A DNA stretch of 46,451 nt, taken from NCBI GenBank assembly GCA_963933835.1, contig CAWVVV010000008.1, positions 1 to 46,451 of the forward strand, in the 5' to 3' direction. Shown here piece by piece: positions 9,841 to 19,225 of the stretch (position 1 is the stretch's first letter; each line of letters starts with the position of its first letter). The position numbers and the translations under genes were made by a program. The notes beneath the pieces were generated by a model. The model ran no database searches. It saw only the letters and a program-made list of their open reading frames with translations, and had not been told where the DNA came from. This DNA is from an uncultured Puniceicoccaceae bacterium. GTDB lineage: Bacteria > Verrucomicrobiota > Verrucomicrobiia > Opitutales > Oceanipulchritudinaceae.

Positions 9841-10272
9841 ATGAGCCAACGTCGGGACAACCGGGTCGCAGCGATGCAATTTCTTTATCAATGGTCGCTG
9901 AATAAGCCTGATGATTTTCATCGTGACCTTAACCACTTTTTCGAAGGGAAAGAGAAGGACCGCGACTACTACGGCTTTGCCGAAGAACTGATCATCGGAA
10001 CGGTGCAAAATCTCAGCGAGGTCGATGAGGTCATCAAGCGCTTCACAAAGAACTGGGATTTCAACCGTGTCGCGCGCGTCGATCTGGCGATCCTCCGCGT
10101 TGCGATTCACGAGATGTTACACCGCCGAGATATCCCGCCGATCGTTTCGATCAATGAGGCGATCGATCTCTCGAAGGAATATTCGATCCCGGACGCGAAG
10201 CGTTTTATTAATGGGATCCTAGACCAATTTAAACTCACCCTCGATCGGCCCCTTCGCTCCGCCGACAATTAG
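9841..10272 (+). CDS. nusB: Transcription antitermination factor NusB
   Basis: RRDNRVAAMQFLYQW, VDLAILR, VSINEAIDLSKEY and FINGILD motifs. Confidence 0.95.
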   Translation: MSQRRDNRVAAMQFLYQWSLNKPDDFHRDLNHFFEGKEKDRDYYGFAEELIIGTVQNLSEVDEVIKRFTKNWDFNRVARVDLAILRVAIHEMLHRRDIPPIVSINEAIDLSKEYSIPDAKRFINGILDQFKLTLDRPLRSADN

Positions 10273-10275
10273 ACG

Positions 10276-11214
10276 ATGCGTTCTCTTTTCTCCAAATTTA
10301 AGGAGGGACTGAAGCGGACTACGCCGTCTTTCTATAAGGCCTTCGATAGGATCGGAGGACTCTTTGGTAGTCGCACGATCGATGCTTCGGCGCTCGATGA
10401 AATCGAAGAAGCGCTCTACATGGCAGACTTCGGTGTCGAGACGACGGAGGAGATCCTAGACGAGATCAAAAAAGCTGTTCTTGAGCAGAAAGAACTGCGT
10501 GGTCAGGAAGCCGCGGAGATCGGTGCAACGGTTCTGAAGCGCGTTCTCGAAGGATCGGAAGGACGGCTGGAAGATTGGGAACATTCGCCCGAGGTGATTG
10601 TGCTCATCGGCGTCAATGGAAGTGGAAAAACCACTACGACAGCCAAGCTCGGGCGCCTTTTTGCCGAAGAAGGCGCTTTGCCCCTCGTGGCAGCCTGCGA
10701 TACGTTTCGCGCGGCGGCCAATGAGCAATTGAAGGAATGGTGCGATCGCCTCGACCTCGATTTAATCGCCAGCCAGCACGGCGCGGACGCAGCCTCGGTA
10801 GCCTTTGATGCCTACGCGGCGGCGAAGAAACGTGGAGCGCAGGTATTACTTCTCGATACGGCTGGTCGCTTGCACAATAAGAGCAATTTGATGAAGGAGC
10901 TGGAGAAGATTCGCCGCGTTTTGCAAAAGCACGAAGCGGCGGCTCCGCACCACAGTTGGTTGGTCATAGATGGAAGTCTTGGGAGTAATTCGATCGAGCA
11001 GGCTAGGGCGTTTCACAAGTCATTTGGCCTCACTGGTCTCATCGTCACTAAGCTAGATGGGACGAGCCGTGGGGGAGCGGTTGTTGGGATCTACCGTGAG
11101 CTTGGAATTCCGATCTATTTCGTTGGACTCGGGGAACAGCCAGAGGACCTTCAACCGTTTTCTGTCGAAAACTACGCAAATGCTATCTTTGGTCTCGAAA
11201 CTGAGTCGTCATGA
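10276..11214 (+). CDS. ftsY: SRP receptor FtsY (NG domain only)
   Basis: GVNGSGKTTT, DTFRAAA, DTAGR, TKLDGTSRGG and GE..EDLQPF motifs. Confidence 0.96.
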   Translation: MRSLFSKFKEGLKRTTPSFYKAFDRIGGLFGSRTIDASALDEIEEALYMADFGVETTEEILDEIKKAVLEQKELRGQEAAEIGATVLKRVLEGSEGRLEDWEHSPEVIVLIGVNGSGKTTTTAKLGRLFAEEGALPLVAACDTFRAAANEQLKEWCDRLDLDLIASQHGADAASVAFDAYAAAKKRGAQVLLLDTAGRLHNKSNLMKELEKIRRVLQKHEAAAPHHSWLVIDGSLGSNSIEQARAFHKSFGLTGLIVTKLDGTSRGGAVVGIYRELGIPIYFVGLGEQPEDLQPFSVENYANAIFGLETESS

Positions 11215-12302
11215 AATCCGTCTTTGAAGTAGTCTTTTCCGATCATCGCTATCCAGTGCACACGGGTCGCGGCTACGCGCCGAGCGTCGCAGCTGAGGTC
11301 GAAAAACTGAAAGCAGCGGGGCGCCCCCTCGCCCTCATCGTCGATGCATCGGTGGAGCGGGCTCAGGCGCGTTGGATTGCAGAGGCTTTTGGCGATATGC
11401 CCCGATGTGTGATTCCATCGGGGGAAGGCTCGAAATGCTTCGCTGAATTGGAGCGTTGTGGAGACTTCCTGGCGGAGAATCGCATTGATCGCTCTGGCGC
11501 TTTGTTCGCAATGGGTGGTGGCGTGACAGGGGATTTGGCGGGTTTTGCCGCGGCCTCTTATCTGCGAGGAATCGATTTTTACCAGATCCCGACGACGCTT
11601 CTAGCGATGGTAGATAGCTCGGTCGGTGGAAAGACGGGGATTAATTTAAAGTCGGGCAAAAACCTCGTCGGGGCCTTTCACCAGCCCCAGGCGGTTTTTG
11701 CCGATATGGAGCTTTTGAAGAGCCTTTCGCAACGCGAGTTTTCTGCAGGCATGGCCGAGGTGATCAAGCACGGTCTGCTCGCGGACGCGGCATTGTTTAC
11801 CCGCCTTGAAGGTTTATCTGAGCCCCTTCATCCCGAACACGCTGAACTCGCCGAGATTGTTCGGCGGAATTGCAAAATTAAGGCAGGCGTCGTCCAAGCG
11901 GACACGAAGGAACAGGCTGCCAGTGGCGGGCGGGCGTTGCTCAATCTAGGACACACTTTTGGTCACGCGATCGAAGCTGTCGCTGGCTACGGTGAGTATT
12001 TGCACGGTGAGGCGATCGCGATCGGTTTGAAATTGGCCGCACAGCTGTCGGTCGAGCTAGGCTACGTCGAGGCGTCAGTGGTCACACGGACAGAGGCTTT
12101 GCTAGAGACTTACGATTTACCCGTCAGGCTGCGGGCTTCGCTGCCAATCGATGCGCTCCTTGCAACGATGGCACGGGATAAAAAAGTCCGGGCAGGAAAG
12201 CTGAAATTCGTCGCAATGAAAGAGTTGGGCGAAGCGGTTACCCAAGGCGACGTGCCGCAGAGCCTCGTAGCCAAGCTATGGAGCTCAGTTGGGGCGGCTT
12301 AG
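11211..12302 (+). CDS. aroB: 3-dehydroquinate synthase
   Basis: GGGVTGDLAGF, PTTLLAMVDSSVGGKTG, LNLGHTFGHAIE and HGEAIAIG motifs. Confidence 0.96.
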   Translation: MKSVFEVVFSDHRYPVHTGRGYAPSVAAEVEKLKAAGRPLALIVDASVERAQARWIAEAFGDMPRCVIPSGEGSKCFAELERCGDFLAENRIDRSGALFAMGGGVTGDLAGFAAASYLRGIDFYQIPTTLLAMVDSSVGGKTGINLKSGKNLVGAFHQPQAVFADMELLKSLSQREFSAGMAEVIKHGLLADAALFTRLEGLSEPLHPEHAELAEIVRRNCKIKAGVVQADTKEQAASGGRALLNLGHTFGHAIEAVAGYGEYLHGEAIAIGLKLAAQLSVELGYVEASVVTRTEALLETYDLPVRLRASLPIDALLATMARDKKVRAGKLKFVAMKELGEAVTQGDVPQSLVAKLWSSVGAA

Positions 12303-12328
12303 CTTTTGGGCTCTCAGGCCCACGTAGT

Positions 12329-13003
12329 TTACGGCCCTTCAGGAGGGCCCTCTCCTGGTAATGTCAGGGCGGTAGGAAATTGCGGAGTAGTCGTAGGTGG
12401 TGGTGGGATTTTTGTCGGGAATCCACCTGCCGGCACGCTAGGCGCTTGTGTCGGGATTTGACTCGGTGTTTGAGGATTCCCCTGTTCACGCAAACGGTCC
12501 TCCATCCATTGAGGTCGACGAGGTGGAACCGTCCGTCGGCGAATACTTGTTCGATTAGTGTTTTTTTTGGCGGAGCGCTTGAGGGCAGTTCGCCGTGGGG
12601 TTGAGGAGGACTGACCCGTGACAGGCATCGGAGCCGTGTTTGCTGCTAGCTCGATCATATCAAGTTTCAACTCCGTCCCATTGTTCACGAGAACGAGGCT
12701 TCTCTCATCAGGATCAAATGAGAGCACATGGGGCGTGGATGAGGTGTCGCCGACGCGAATCCATTTACCATTTTTCTCATCCTTCGCTTTCACGAGCACC
12801 CGAACATCGTCGTCGATCGAAAAGAAACCGCGAAACACGAAGTCTGTGGGAGCGCTCGGCGCTCCTTGTGATGGAGGTGCTTCATTTCGCAGACCAAAGC
12901 CCGGAGGCAAAAATGGACTGCGGTCGACCAAGCCCTGTGCTGAGACGAGCAGTGGTGCCAAACAAATGGCGAGACTGATAAATGATCTGTGGAGGTGGAT
13001 CAT
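12329..13003 (-). CDS. Exported hypothetical protein with a PilP/GspC-HR-like beta domain and Pro-rich tail
   Basis: Signal peptide from ATG 13003; RSPF motif; beta-rich FVFRGF...WIRVGD...VLSFD...LVL segment; Pro/Thr-rich C-terminus. Fold call is tentative. Confidence 0.6.
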   Translation of the reverse strand: MIHLHRSFISLAICLAPLLVSAQGLVDRSPFLPPGFGLRNEAPPSQGAPSAPTDFVFRGFFSIDDDVRVLVKAKDEKNGKWIRVGDTSSTPHVLSFDPDERSLVLVNNGTELKLDMIELAANTAPMPVTGQSSSTPRRTALKRSAKKNTNRTSIRRRTVPPRRPQWMEDRLREQGNPQTPSQIPTQAPSVPAGGFPTKIPPPPTTTPQFPTALTLPGEGPPEGP

Positions 13004-13215
13004 GGATATACCGGACAGGGTGTCAGGGGATACATTTACGGGCTGCGGTGTTGGTTGCGTCAATACGCTTAAACCTGCTCGTTGCTCAGGAGTTTCGGAG
13101 GATGCCTTCTAGGGTGCGCTGTTGCTTAATTCTCTGCCTTGTCATTGACAGCTGGGAATGGGCGTCAAACAGTCTTCATCTTCTGGTTGTCCCCTTCTTT
13201 GTCTGATCAGAGAGA

Positions 13216-14490
13216 ATGAATTCTAGTATGAGTAATTCGGCTTCCACGCCTTCTGATCAGCGCATCGTTATTACGGGTGTTGGACTGACGTCTCCAATTG
13301 GTAACGACCTCCCTACGATGCGTCAGTCGCTCCTCGATGGGCGCCCCAACATCTCAAACATTGAGATGCGCTACATGGGGCAAGTCCATGCCGGTGTCTG
13401 TGACTACGACGCTAAGAAATATCAGACCCGCAAAGAACTCCGCGTTAGCACGCGCGCCGGCAGTATCTCAATCTACTGCTCGAGAGAAGCCGTGACAGAC
13501 TGCGGTATCGACTGGGAAACCGTGGCCAAAGAACGTGTCGGGGTCTACCTCGGGACGACCGAGCACGGCAACGTCGAGACGGAGAACGAGGTCTTCAATA
13601 TTTCAAAGTTTGACTACGATGTGCGCTACTGGACGCATCACCACAATCCTCGCACCGTCGCGAACAACCCGGCAGGCGAGGTGACGATGAACCTCGGCAT
13701 CACGGGTCCGCACTACACCATCGGCGCGGCCTGCGCGGCTGGAAATGCCGGACTTATCCAAGCCTACTTGATGCTCAAGTTTAAGGAAGTGGACTTCGCC
13801 CTCGCTGGTGGCGTGAGCGAATCGATTCACACTTTTGGCATTTTTGCCGGTTTTAAAAGCCAAGGAGCCCTTGCGTTTCACGAAGATCCAAACAAGGCCA
13901 GCCGTCCCTTTGACAAGGGGCGCAACGGAATCGTCGTTGCCGAGGGTGGGGCGATCTACACCCTCGAGCGCCTCAGCGATGCTCAGGCTCGTGGTGCGAA
14001 AATTTATGGCGAAATCGTTGGCTACCACATCAATTCCGATGCGACTGATGCCGTTCTACCCAACTGGGAACGCCAGACGGAGTGTATGCGCGCCGCGTTG
14101 GGTAAGGCCGGCCTCGAGCCAAACGACATCGATATTTTGAACACCCACGCGACCTCCACGCCCCAAGGCGATGCGCAGGAGTGTAAGGCCGTGCGTGATG
14201 TCTTCCCCGTCGAAAGCTGCCCAAATACCCGCGTAAATAACACCAAAAGCTACATTGGACACGCCATGGGAGCCGCTGGAGCTCTCGAGCTCGCTGGTAA
14301 CCTGCCTTCTTTCGACGATGGCTATATTCATCCGACAATCAACGTTGATGATATGGATCCAGAGTGTGACACCGGAAATATCGTCATCGGAAAGCCGGAA
14401 AAACGGTCTGAAATTAACACAATTCTGAATAACAGCTTTGGAATGCTCGGAATCAATTCCTGCGTTGTGATAAAAAGATTTGCGCAGTAG
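13216..14490 (+). CDS. Beta-ketoacyl-ACP synthase (FabF/FabB-type, PVC-type subfamily)
   Basis: VITGVG, catalytic GAACAAG, SRPFD, NTHATST, KSYIGH and NNSFGMLG motifs; Cys-His-His triad intact. Confidence 0.93.
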   Translation: MNSSMSNSASTPSDQRIVITGVGLTSPIGNDLPTMRQSLLDGRPNISNIEMRYMGQVHAGVCDYDAKKYQTRKELRVSTRAGSISIYCSREAVTDCGIDWETVAKERVGVYLGTTEHGNVETENEVFNISKFDYDVRYWTHHHNPRTVANNPAGEVTMNLGITGPHYTIGAACAAGNAGLIQAYLMLKFKEVDFALAGGVSESIHTFGIFAGFKSQGALAFHEDPNKASRPFDKGRNGIVVAEGGAIYTLERLSDAQARGAKIYGEIVGYHINSDATDAVLPNWERQTECMRAALGKAGLEPNDIDILNTHATSTPQGDAQECKAVRDVFPVESCPNTRVNNTKSYIGHAMGAAGALELAGNLPSFDDGYIHPTINVDDMDPECDTGNIVIGKPEKRSEINTILNNSFGMLGINSCVVIKRFAQ

Positions 14491-14516
14491 AAAGAAAGCT
14501 CTACACATCCCCCCTT

Positions 14517-14774
14517 ATGACCAAGGAAGAGTGCAAAAAGATCATTCTCGATATCATTGAGGAGATCGCACCCGATGAAGATTTAACGGATGTTAAATCT
14601 GATGCGCGCCTGCGCGAGCAACTGGATTTAGATTCTATGGACTTTCTCGATATTGTCATGGAATTGCGTAAAAAGCATAACATTGAGGTGCCAGAAGCGG
14701 AATATCCCCAGTTGGCCTCCCTCGATAGTTGTGCAGAATACCTCACGCCGAAGTTCAACGCTATAAGCGCCTAA
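14517..14774 (+). CDS. Acyl carrier protein (DSMD-type)
   Basis: 85 aa acidic protein with LDLDSMDFLDIVMELRKK phosphopantetheine site; lies directly after the KS. Confidence 0.92.
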   Translation: MTKEECKKIILDIIEEIAPDEDLTDVKSDARLREQLDLDSMDFLDIVMELRKKHNIEVPEAEYPQLASLDSCAEYLTPKFNAISA

Positions 14775-14805
14775 GTGCGCCGGAAGGCCCCCGCTGCCTA
14801 TCGGA

Positions 14806-16230
14806 ATGAGTGACCAAGGAGCGGATGAACACTACGATGTCGTCATCATTGGCTGCGGCATGGCTGGGCTTGCCGCCGGCATTCGCGCCGCGATGTATGA
14901 TCAGCGCGTGCTCATCCTCGAGCGACACAATGCTCCGGGCGGGCTAAACAGCTTTTACTTCCTCGGCGGGCGAAAGTACGACGTCGGGCTTCACGCCGTA
15001 ACAAATTACGTCGCGCCCGGAAAAAAAGGCGCACCGCTGACAAAGCTCTTTCGCCAACTACGGATTCCCTCCGATGCCTTCGCGCTCGCGCCGCAGAGAG
15101 GTAGCCGGATCGCTTTCCCCGGCCATGACCTTCGCTTCTCGAACGACTTTGACCTTTTTGAGAGTGAGATCGCCGCGACGTTTCCACAGGAGATCGATCG
15201 TTTTCGAGCCCTGCGCGCCGCTGTTCTCAGTCACAATGCTTTTGATATGGAGGCGGCTCCGGTCTCTGGCCGTGAAGTGGTCGGTCGCTACCTGCGCGAT
15301 CCACTCCTCATCGATATGCTCTTCTGCCCCCTTTGCTACTACGGCAGCGCACGGGAAAACGACATGGACTGGGATCAGTTCACGATCATGTGGCAGGCAC
15401 TTTTTGAAGAAGGCTTCGCCCGTCCGCTGGAAGGCGTACGCGTTGTGATCAAAGCCTTGCTCAATCGCTATCGCGCAGTCGGAGGAAAACGCCGGATGCG
15501 TTGTGGGGTGCGCCAACTCCACGTCGAGAGTGAGCAGGTTCAACGCATCGAACTCGACGATGGCACTTTCATCACTGCAGGCGAAGTGCTCTCCACTGCT
15601 GGCCTCGTTGAGACCCAGCGGCTTTGTAGTGATCAATCCACTACAGCCGGTGCAGACAACATTGGACGCCTTGGCTATGTTGAGACGATCACCGCCACCG
15701 ACTGCCAGCCGGCAGATCTTGGGGCTGATGAGACGATCATCTTTTTCAATGACTCAGAAAAGTTTCACTACGAGCGATGTCGCGAAGAAGTTGATCCGCG
15801 CAGCGGCGTGATTTGTTTTCCGAACAACTACGCCTACGCGGATGGAGGGCAGCTTGATGAAGGTTTCTTCCGTGTTACCGCACTAGCAAATTACGATTAT
15901 TGGAAACAGGCACCCGAGCCTGAATACCTCGCTCGCAAAGAGCATTGGTACGGTGAGCTGCAAACCAGCGCTGCCCGCTTCTTGCCTGGTTTTGATCTGA
16001 GCGCTTTGCAAAAGCATACCTTGGATACCGACATGTTTACTCCGCGCACAGTGGAGAAGTTTACCAGTCACCTCGGCGGAGCCATCTACGGTGCACCTCG
16101 GAAATCGAAAGACGGCACGACGCACCTAAAGAACCTCCATCTCGCCGGCACCGACCAAGGCTTCCTCGGCATCGTCGGCGCCATGCTCAGCGGCATCTCA
16201 ATGGCCAATCAGTACTGCCTAGGGCGGTAA
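14806..16230 (+). CDS. Phytoene-desaturase-family NAD(P)/FAD oxidoreductase
   Basis: IIGCGMAGLAAG Rossmann motif, LERH..PGG, FTPRT...GAIYG and C-terminal LHLAG...GIVGAMLSG. Confidence 0.88.
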   Translation: MSDQGADEHYDVVIIGCGMAGLAAGIRAAMYDQRVLILERHNAPGGLNSFYFLGGRKYDVGLHAVTNYVAPGKKGAPLTKLFRQLRIPSDAFALAPQRGSRIAFPGHDLRFSNDFDLFESEIAATFPQEIDRFRALRAAVLSHNAFDMEAAPVSGREVVGRYLRDPLLIDMLFCPLCYYGSARENDMDWDQFTIMWQALFEEGFARPLEGVRVVIKALLNRYRAVGGKRRMRCGVRQLHVESEQVQRIELDDGTFITAGEVLSTAGLVETQRLCSDQSTTAGADNIGRLGYVETITATDCQPADLGADETIIFFNDSEKFHYERCREEVDPRSGVICFPNNYAYADGGQLDEGFFRVTALANYDYWKQAPEPEYLARKEHWYGELQTSAARFLPGFDLSALQKHTLDTDMFTPRTVEKFTSHLGGAIYGAPRKSKDGTTHLKNLHLAGTDQGFLGIVGAMLSGISMANQYCLGR

Positions 16231-16275
16231 GGCGTCCCTTCTTTGGGTGAATAAATGATTTAGAAAAGACTGCGA

Positions 16276-16305
16276 TTGACCGCTAAATAAGTGAACTTAT
16301 GTTCA
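16276..16305 (+). promoter_or_regulatory. Sigma70-type promoter with overlapping LexA-like palindrome upstream of the Y-family polymerase
   Basis: TTGACC (16276-16281), 16 bp spacer, TATGTT (16298-16303). Palindrome TGAAC-TTAT-GTTCA at 16292-16305. Confidence 0.65.
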
Positions 16306-16311
16306 TGTTAA

Positions 16312-17547
16312 ATGGCTCTCATTTACCTCTTTGTTGATTTTGATAGCTTCTTTGCTTCGGTGGCGCAGCAAGATCGGCCGGAGTTGCGAGGGAAGCCAGT
16401 TGGGGTCGTTCCGAGCATCGGGGTGGAGACGACGTGCTGCATTGCGGCGAGTTACGAGGCGAAGGCGAAAGGAGTGCGGACGGGCACCTTAGTGCATGAA
16501 GCGCGGCGACTGATCCCAGGCATGATTTTCGTCGAAGGGGATCATTCCCGTTACGTTGAGGTTCACCATCAAGCGATGGAGGTGATTGAGAAGTGTCTGC
16601 ACATTGAAAAGCGCCTCTCGATTGATGAGTGCTTTGGCCGACTGCCGCCCCATTGGCGCAACCCGGAGATTATTCATGCGAAGTGTGCTGAGATCAAAGG
16701 AGCCCTCGCCGAGCAAATCGGCCCCTACATCACGGCGTCGATCGGGATAGGGCCCAACCGGTTCCTCGCCAAAGTCGCGAGTGCGATGCGAAAGCCTAAT
16801 GGCGTCATGTTTATCGACTTCGATGATCTACCGGACGTGCTCTACCCGCTGAAGCTTCAAGCCCTCAATGGGATAGGGCGCTCCATGCTCCGGAGACTCC
16901 ACGCCCACCGAATCTTCGAAATGCGCCAGCTCTGTGAGGCGAATTCGACGCAGCTCAAACGTATCTGGGGCTCGATCCATGGCGTGCAAATGTATCGAGT
17001 CTTGCGCGGCGAAGACGTCGGCGAGATCGAAACAACGCGCCAGACGGTGAGCCATTCCCATGTCCTCGCACCGAGACTGCGGAACGGGCCAGCGGCGCTT
17101 GCGGTCATGCACAAGCAGCTCCAGAAAGCCTGCCGCCGGCTGCGCTCAATGGGTTACTACGCTGGCCGGTTTACGGTCAGTGTGAAGTTTGGCTTCGAAT
17201 GGCGCTGGGAGCGCGAGGTGCGGCTCTTTCCGACGCAAGATACCTTAACCTTCGCGACAGAGGTCAATCGCCTCTGGAAAGATCGCCCAAGGGGAGAAGT
17301 GCCAACCCAAGTGCGCGTCGTTCTCTCCGACCTTGTTCCGCAAGCGACGCACACCCTCTCACTCTTCGAAGAGCAGAACCAGACCCGCCGTGTCACCCTC
17401 CAACGCGCAATGGATGTAGTGAATCTTCGCTACGGGAATAGCGCTGTCTTCTACGGAGCATCCTTCCAAGCCCTCAAAGAAAACGCCGCCCCCATGCGCA
17501 TCGCCTTCACCCATATCCCCGATCTTGAACTGGAGGGAGATGGGTGA
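16312..17547 (+). CDS. Y-family DNA polymerase (DinB/UmuC-like)
   Basis: FVDFDSFFASV, IAASYEAK.GV, SIDE, SIGIGPNRFLAKVAS, KPNG and GIG motifs; UmuC-like C-terminal MDVVNLRYG. Confidence 0.92.
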   Translation: MALIYLFVDFDSFFASVAQQDRPELRGKPVGVVPSIGVETTCCIAASYEAKAKGVRTGTLVHEARRLIPGMIFVEGDHSRYVEVHHQAMEVIEKCLHIEKRLSIDECFGRLPPHWRNPEIIHAKCAEIKGALAEQIGPYITASIGIGPNRFLAKVASAMRKPNGVMFIDFDDLPDVLYPLKLQALNGIGRSMLRRLHAHRIFEMRQLCEANSTQLKRIWGSIHGVQMYRVLRGEDVGEIETTRQTVSHSHVLAPRLRNGPAALAVMHKQLQKACRRLRSMGYYAGRFTVSVKFGFEWRWEREVRLFPTQDTLTFATEVNRLWKDRPRGEVPTQVRVVLSDLVPQATHTLSLFEEQNQTRRVTLQRAMDVVNLRYGNSAVFYGASFQALKENAAPMRIAFTHIPDLELEGDG

Positions 17548-17563
17548 ATCCCTTAGCAAATTA

Positions 17564-19117
17564 CTACGCCAACTTGATCAGCTCGAGAACCTTAGGGGCA
17601 TCTTTAATGATCTGAGATGGGTCAGGGCCGACGCCGATGTAGCGAAGTTGTGGGACGTCTTTGGGCCAGAGCTGAGGCTCTTCACCGTAGGCGATTTCGT
17701 AGGTGTGGAGGACCATGCCCGCGATGTAGCGTTTGGCGGCGAGAGGCAGGTTGTCGAAAGTGCGGATGCCGCTGACGTCTTCGGCCCACCCAGCGTATTG
17801 GCGGTAAACGGGTTCGAGGGTAGGGTGGACGGCTGGGTCGCGGGGGACGTGCTTGAGGACTTCGCCAGTGGGCGTCTTGTAGCCGATACAGATGAGGAGC
17901 TCACCGCCTTGCCATGCGCCATCGGCGTCGTAGCTGAGGGCATCGATCTTGTTGATCATGAGATCCTGGCAACCACCGTAGCGGATGGCATCGCCCTTCT
18001 CGAGGGCGTCGAACCAGCCGACCATGCGTTGACGTCCGGTGGAGACACCGAACTCGATTTGGCTGAGTTTGATCGAGAGCGGGTGCTCAGGATCCATTTG
18101 GCAAATGAACGTGTGGGTGCCGACTTTGGTGTCGTAAGCTTTGCAGACGCCGAAGGTGTGAACGTCCTGAATCGGGAGGCCGAGGCTGAGAAAGAACTCA
18201 GGTGCGATGGTGTGCGAGGCGGTGACATTGGGCGCGAAGCCGAAGCGCTTATCGAGCCAGTAAGCTTGGCCGAATTCGCCGATGATGTATTCGCCACGGG
18301 CGAGCGCCTCGAGGCTGAATTCGCGGACGTTGCCGATCTGTTCGCGGAGAGCTTGGCCTGCCTCCCAATAAACATCGGCGAGGACAGAGAAATTAATCTG
18401 GTAGGGGGCATCGCCCTTAAAGCGGTGAAAGTCGAACTCAGCGGCGGTGAAAGATTTCGCTTCAATGAGGTTCGCATTGGCCCGCTGTTCAGCGGTCGTC
18501 AGGACATCGAAGAAACTGTCCCATGTGGCAGCATCAACTGCGCAGACATGCTCGATGATTTTTTCGGCGCGATCGACACGGGCCTTAAGCTTGGCTTCGA
18601 AAGCTTCGCGCGGGCCGAGAAAGTCGGAGTAGTAAATCGGGTAATGCGCAGTCTCGTCACCGAAGGCAGGAGAGATGCCGCGCCCGGTAGAACCACGTTT
18701 TTCTTCGCCGAGGATGGCTGAGCGATAGTGTTCCCAGGCAAGGTCGAGCAGCCGGTGCGTCAGGTCGCTGAGCATCACCCGTTCATCGATGAGGAGGCGA
18801 GAGTGAGCTTCGTAGCCAGCGTCGTTGATATAGGCGCATTCCCAGAGAAACTTACGTGGATCGGCGGCGACACCACTGCCAATCGTGAGCTTTCCAACTT
18901 CTGGGCACACGACGCCGCCGGGGATCAGGTTGAGCTTGAGCCCTCCAACCGTGTGGCCGCTATTGGCTCCACCGTTTATCTTGGCAATCGAGGAGACCTT
19001 TTTGCCTGCGTTGGTGAGTTCTTCGACGACCTCTGGGACGAGGCGGCCTTTGCCTTCGTCGCCGAAGCTGATGCCGGTGTCGAGGATGAGTTGACTGCGA
19101 AAGGGCGTGAGCGCCAT
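17564..19117 (-). CDS. purA: Adenylosuccinate synthetase (divergent, 517 aa)
   Basis: GDEGKG, GGANSGHT, GSTGRGI, GVSTGRQRMVGWFD, NKID and IGVGP motifs. Confidence 0.92.
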   Translation of the reverse strand: MALTPFRSQLILDTGISFGDEGKGRLVPEVVEELTNAGKKVSSIAKINGGANSGHTVGGLKLNLIPGGVVCPEVGKLTIGSGVAADPRKFLWECAYINDAGYEAHSRLLIDERVMLSDLTHRLLDLAWEHYRSAILGEEKRGSTGRGISPAFGDETAHYPIYYSDFLGPREAFEAKLKARVDRAEKIIEHVCAVDAATWDSFFDVLTTAEQRANANLIEAKSFTAAEFDFHRFKGDAPYQINFSVLADVYWEAGQALREQIGNVREFSLEALARGEYIIGEFGQAYWLDKRFGFAPNVTASHTIAPEFFLSLGLPIQDVHTFGVCKAYDTKVGTHTFICQMDPEHPLSIKLSQIEFGVSTGRQRMVGWFDALEKGDAIRYGGCQDLMINKIDALSYDADGAWQGGELLICIGYKTPTGEVLKHVPRDPAVHPTLEPVYRQYAGWAEDVSGIRTFDNLPLAAKRYIAGMVLHTYEIAYGEEPQLWPKDVPQLRYIGVGPDPSQIIKDAPKVLELIKLA

Positions 19118-19225
19118 GAAACGAACCTAGTCTGCTTAAAACGAAAAAAATGCGCCTCCATCGGGAGAACGCATTTGAATCAGGAAAGAGTTCCGTTCAT
19201 CGGTGTGCAACTGGAAAGCGTCGCC

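Noticed and set aside
14806..16230. Carotenoid biosynthesis (crtI) call
   Set aside because: No crtB or cyclase nearby; the context is KS/ACP, and ispA is more than 22 kb away.
17564..19117. Possibility that the divergent PurA is PurZ (Z-base synthesis)
   Set aside because: It retains GDEGKG with the catalytic Asp, sits next to guaB, and has no phage context.
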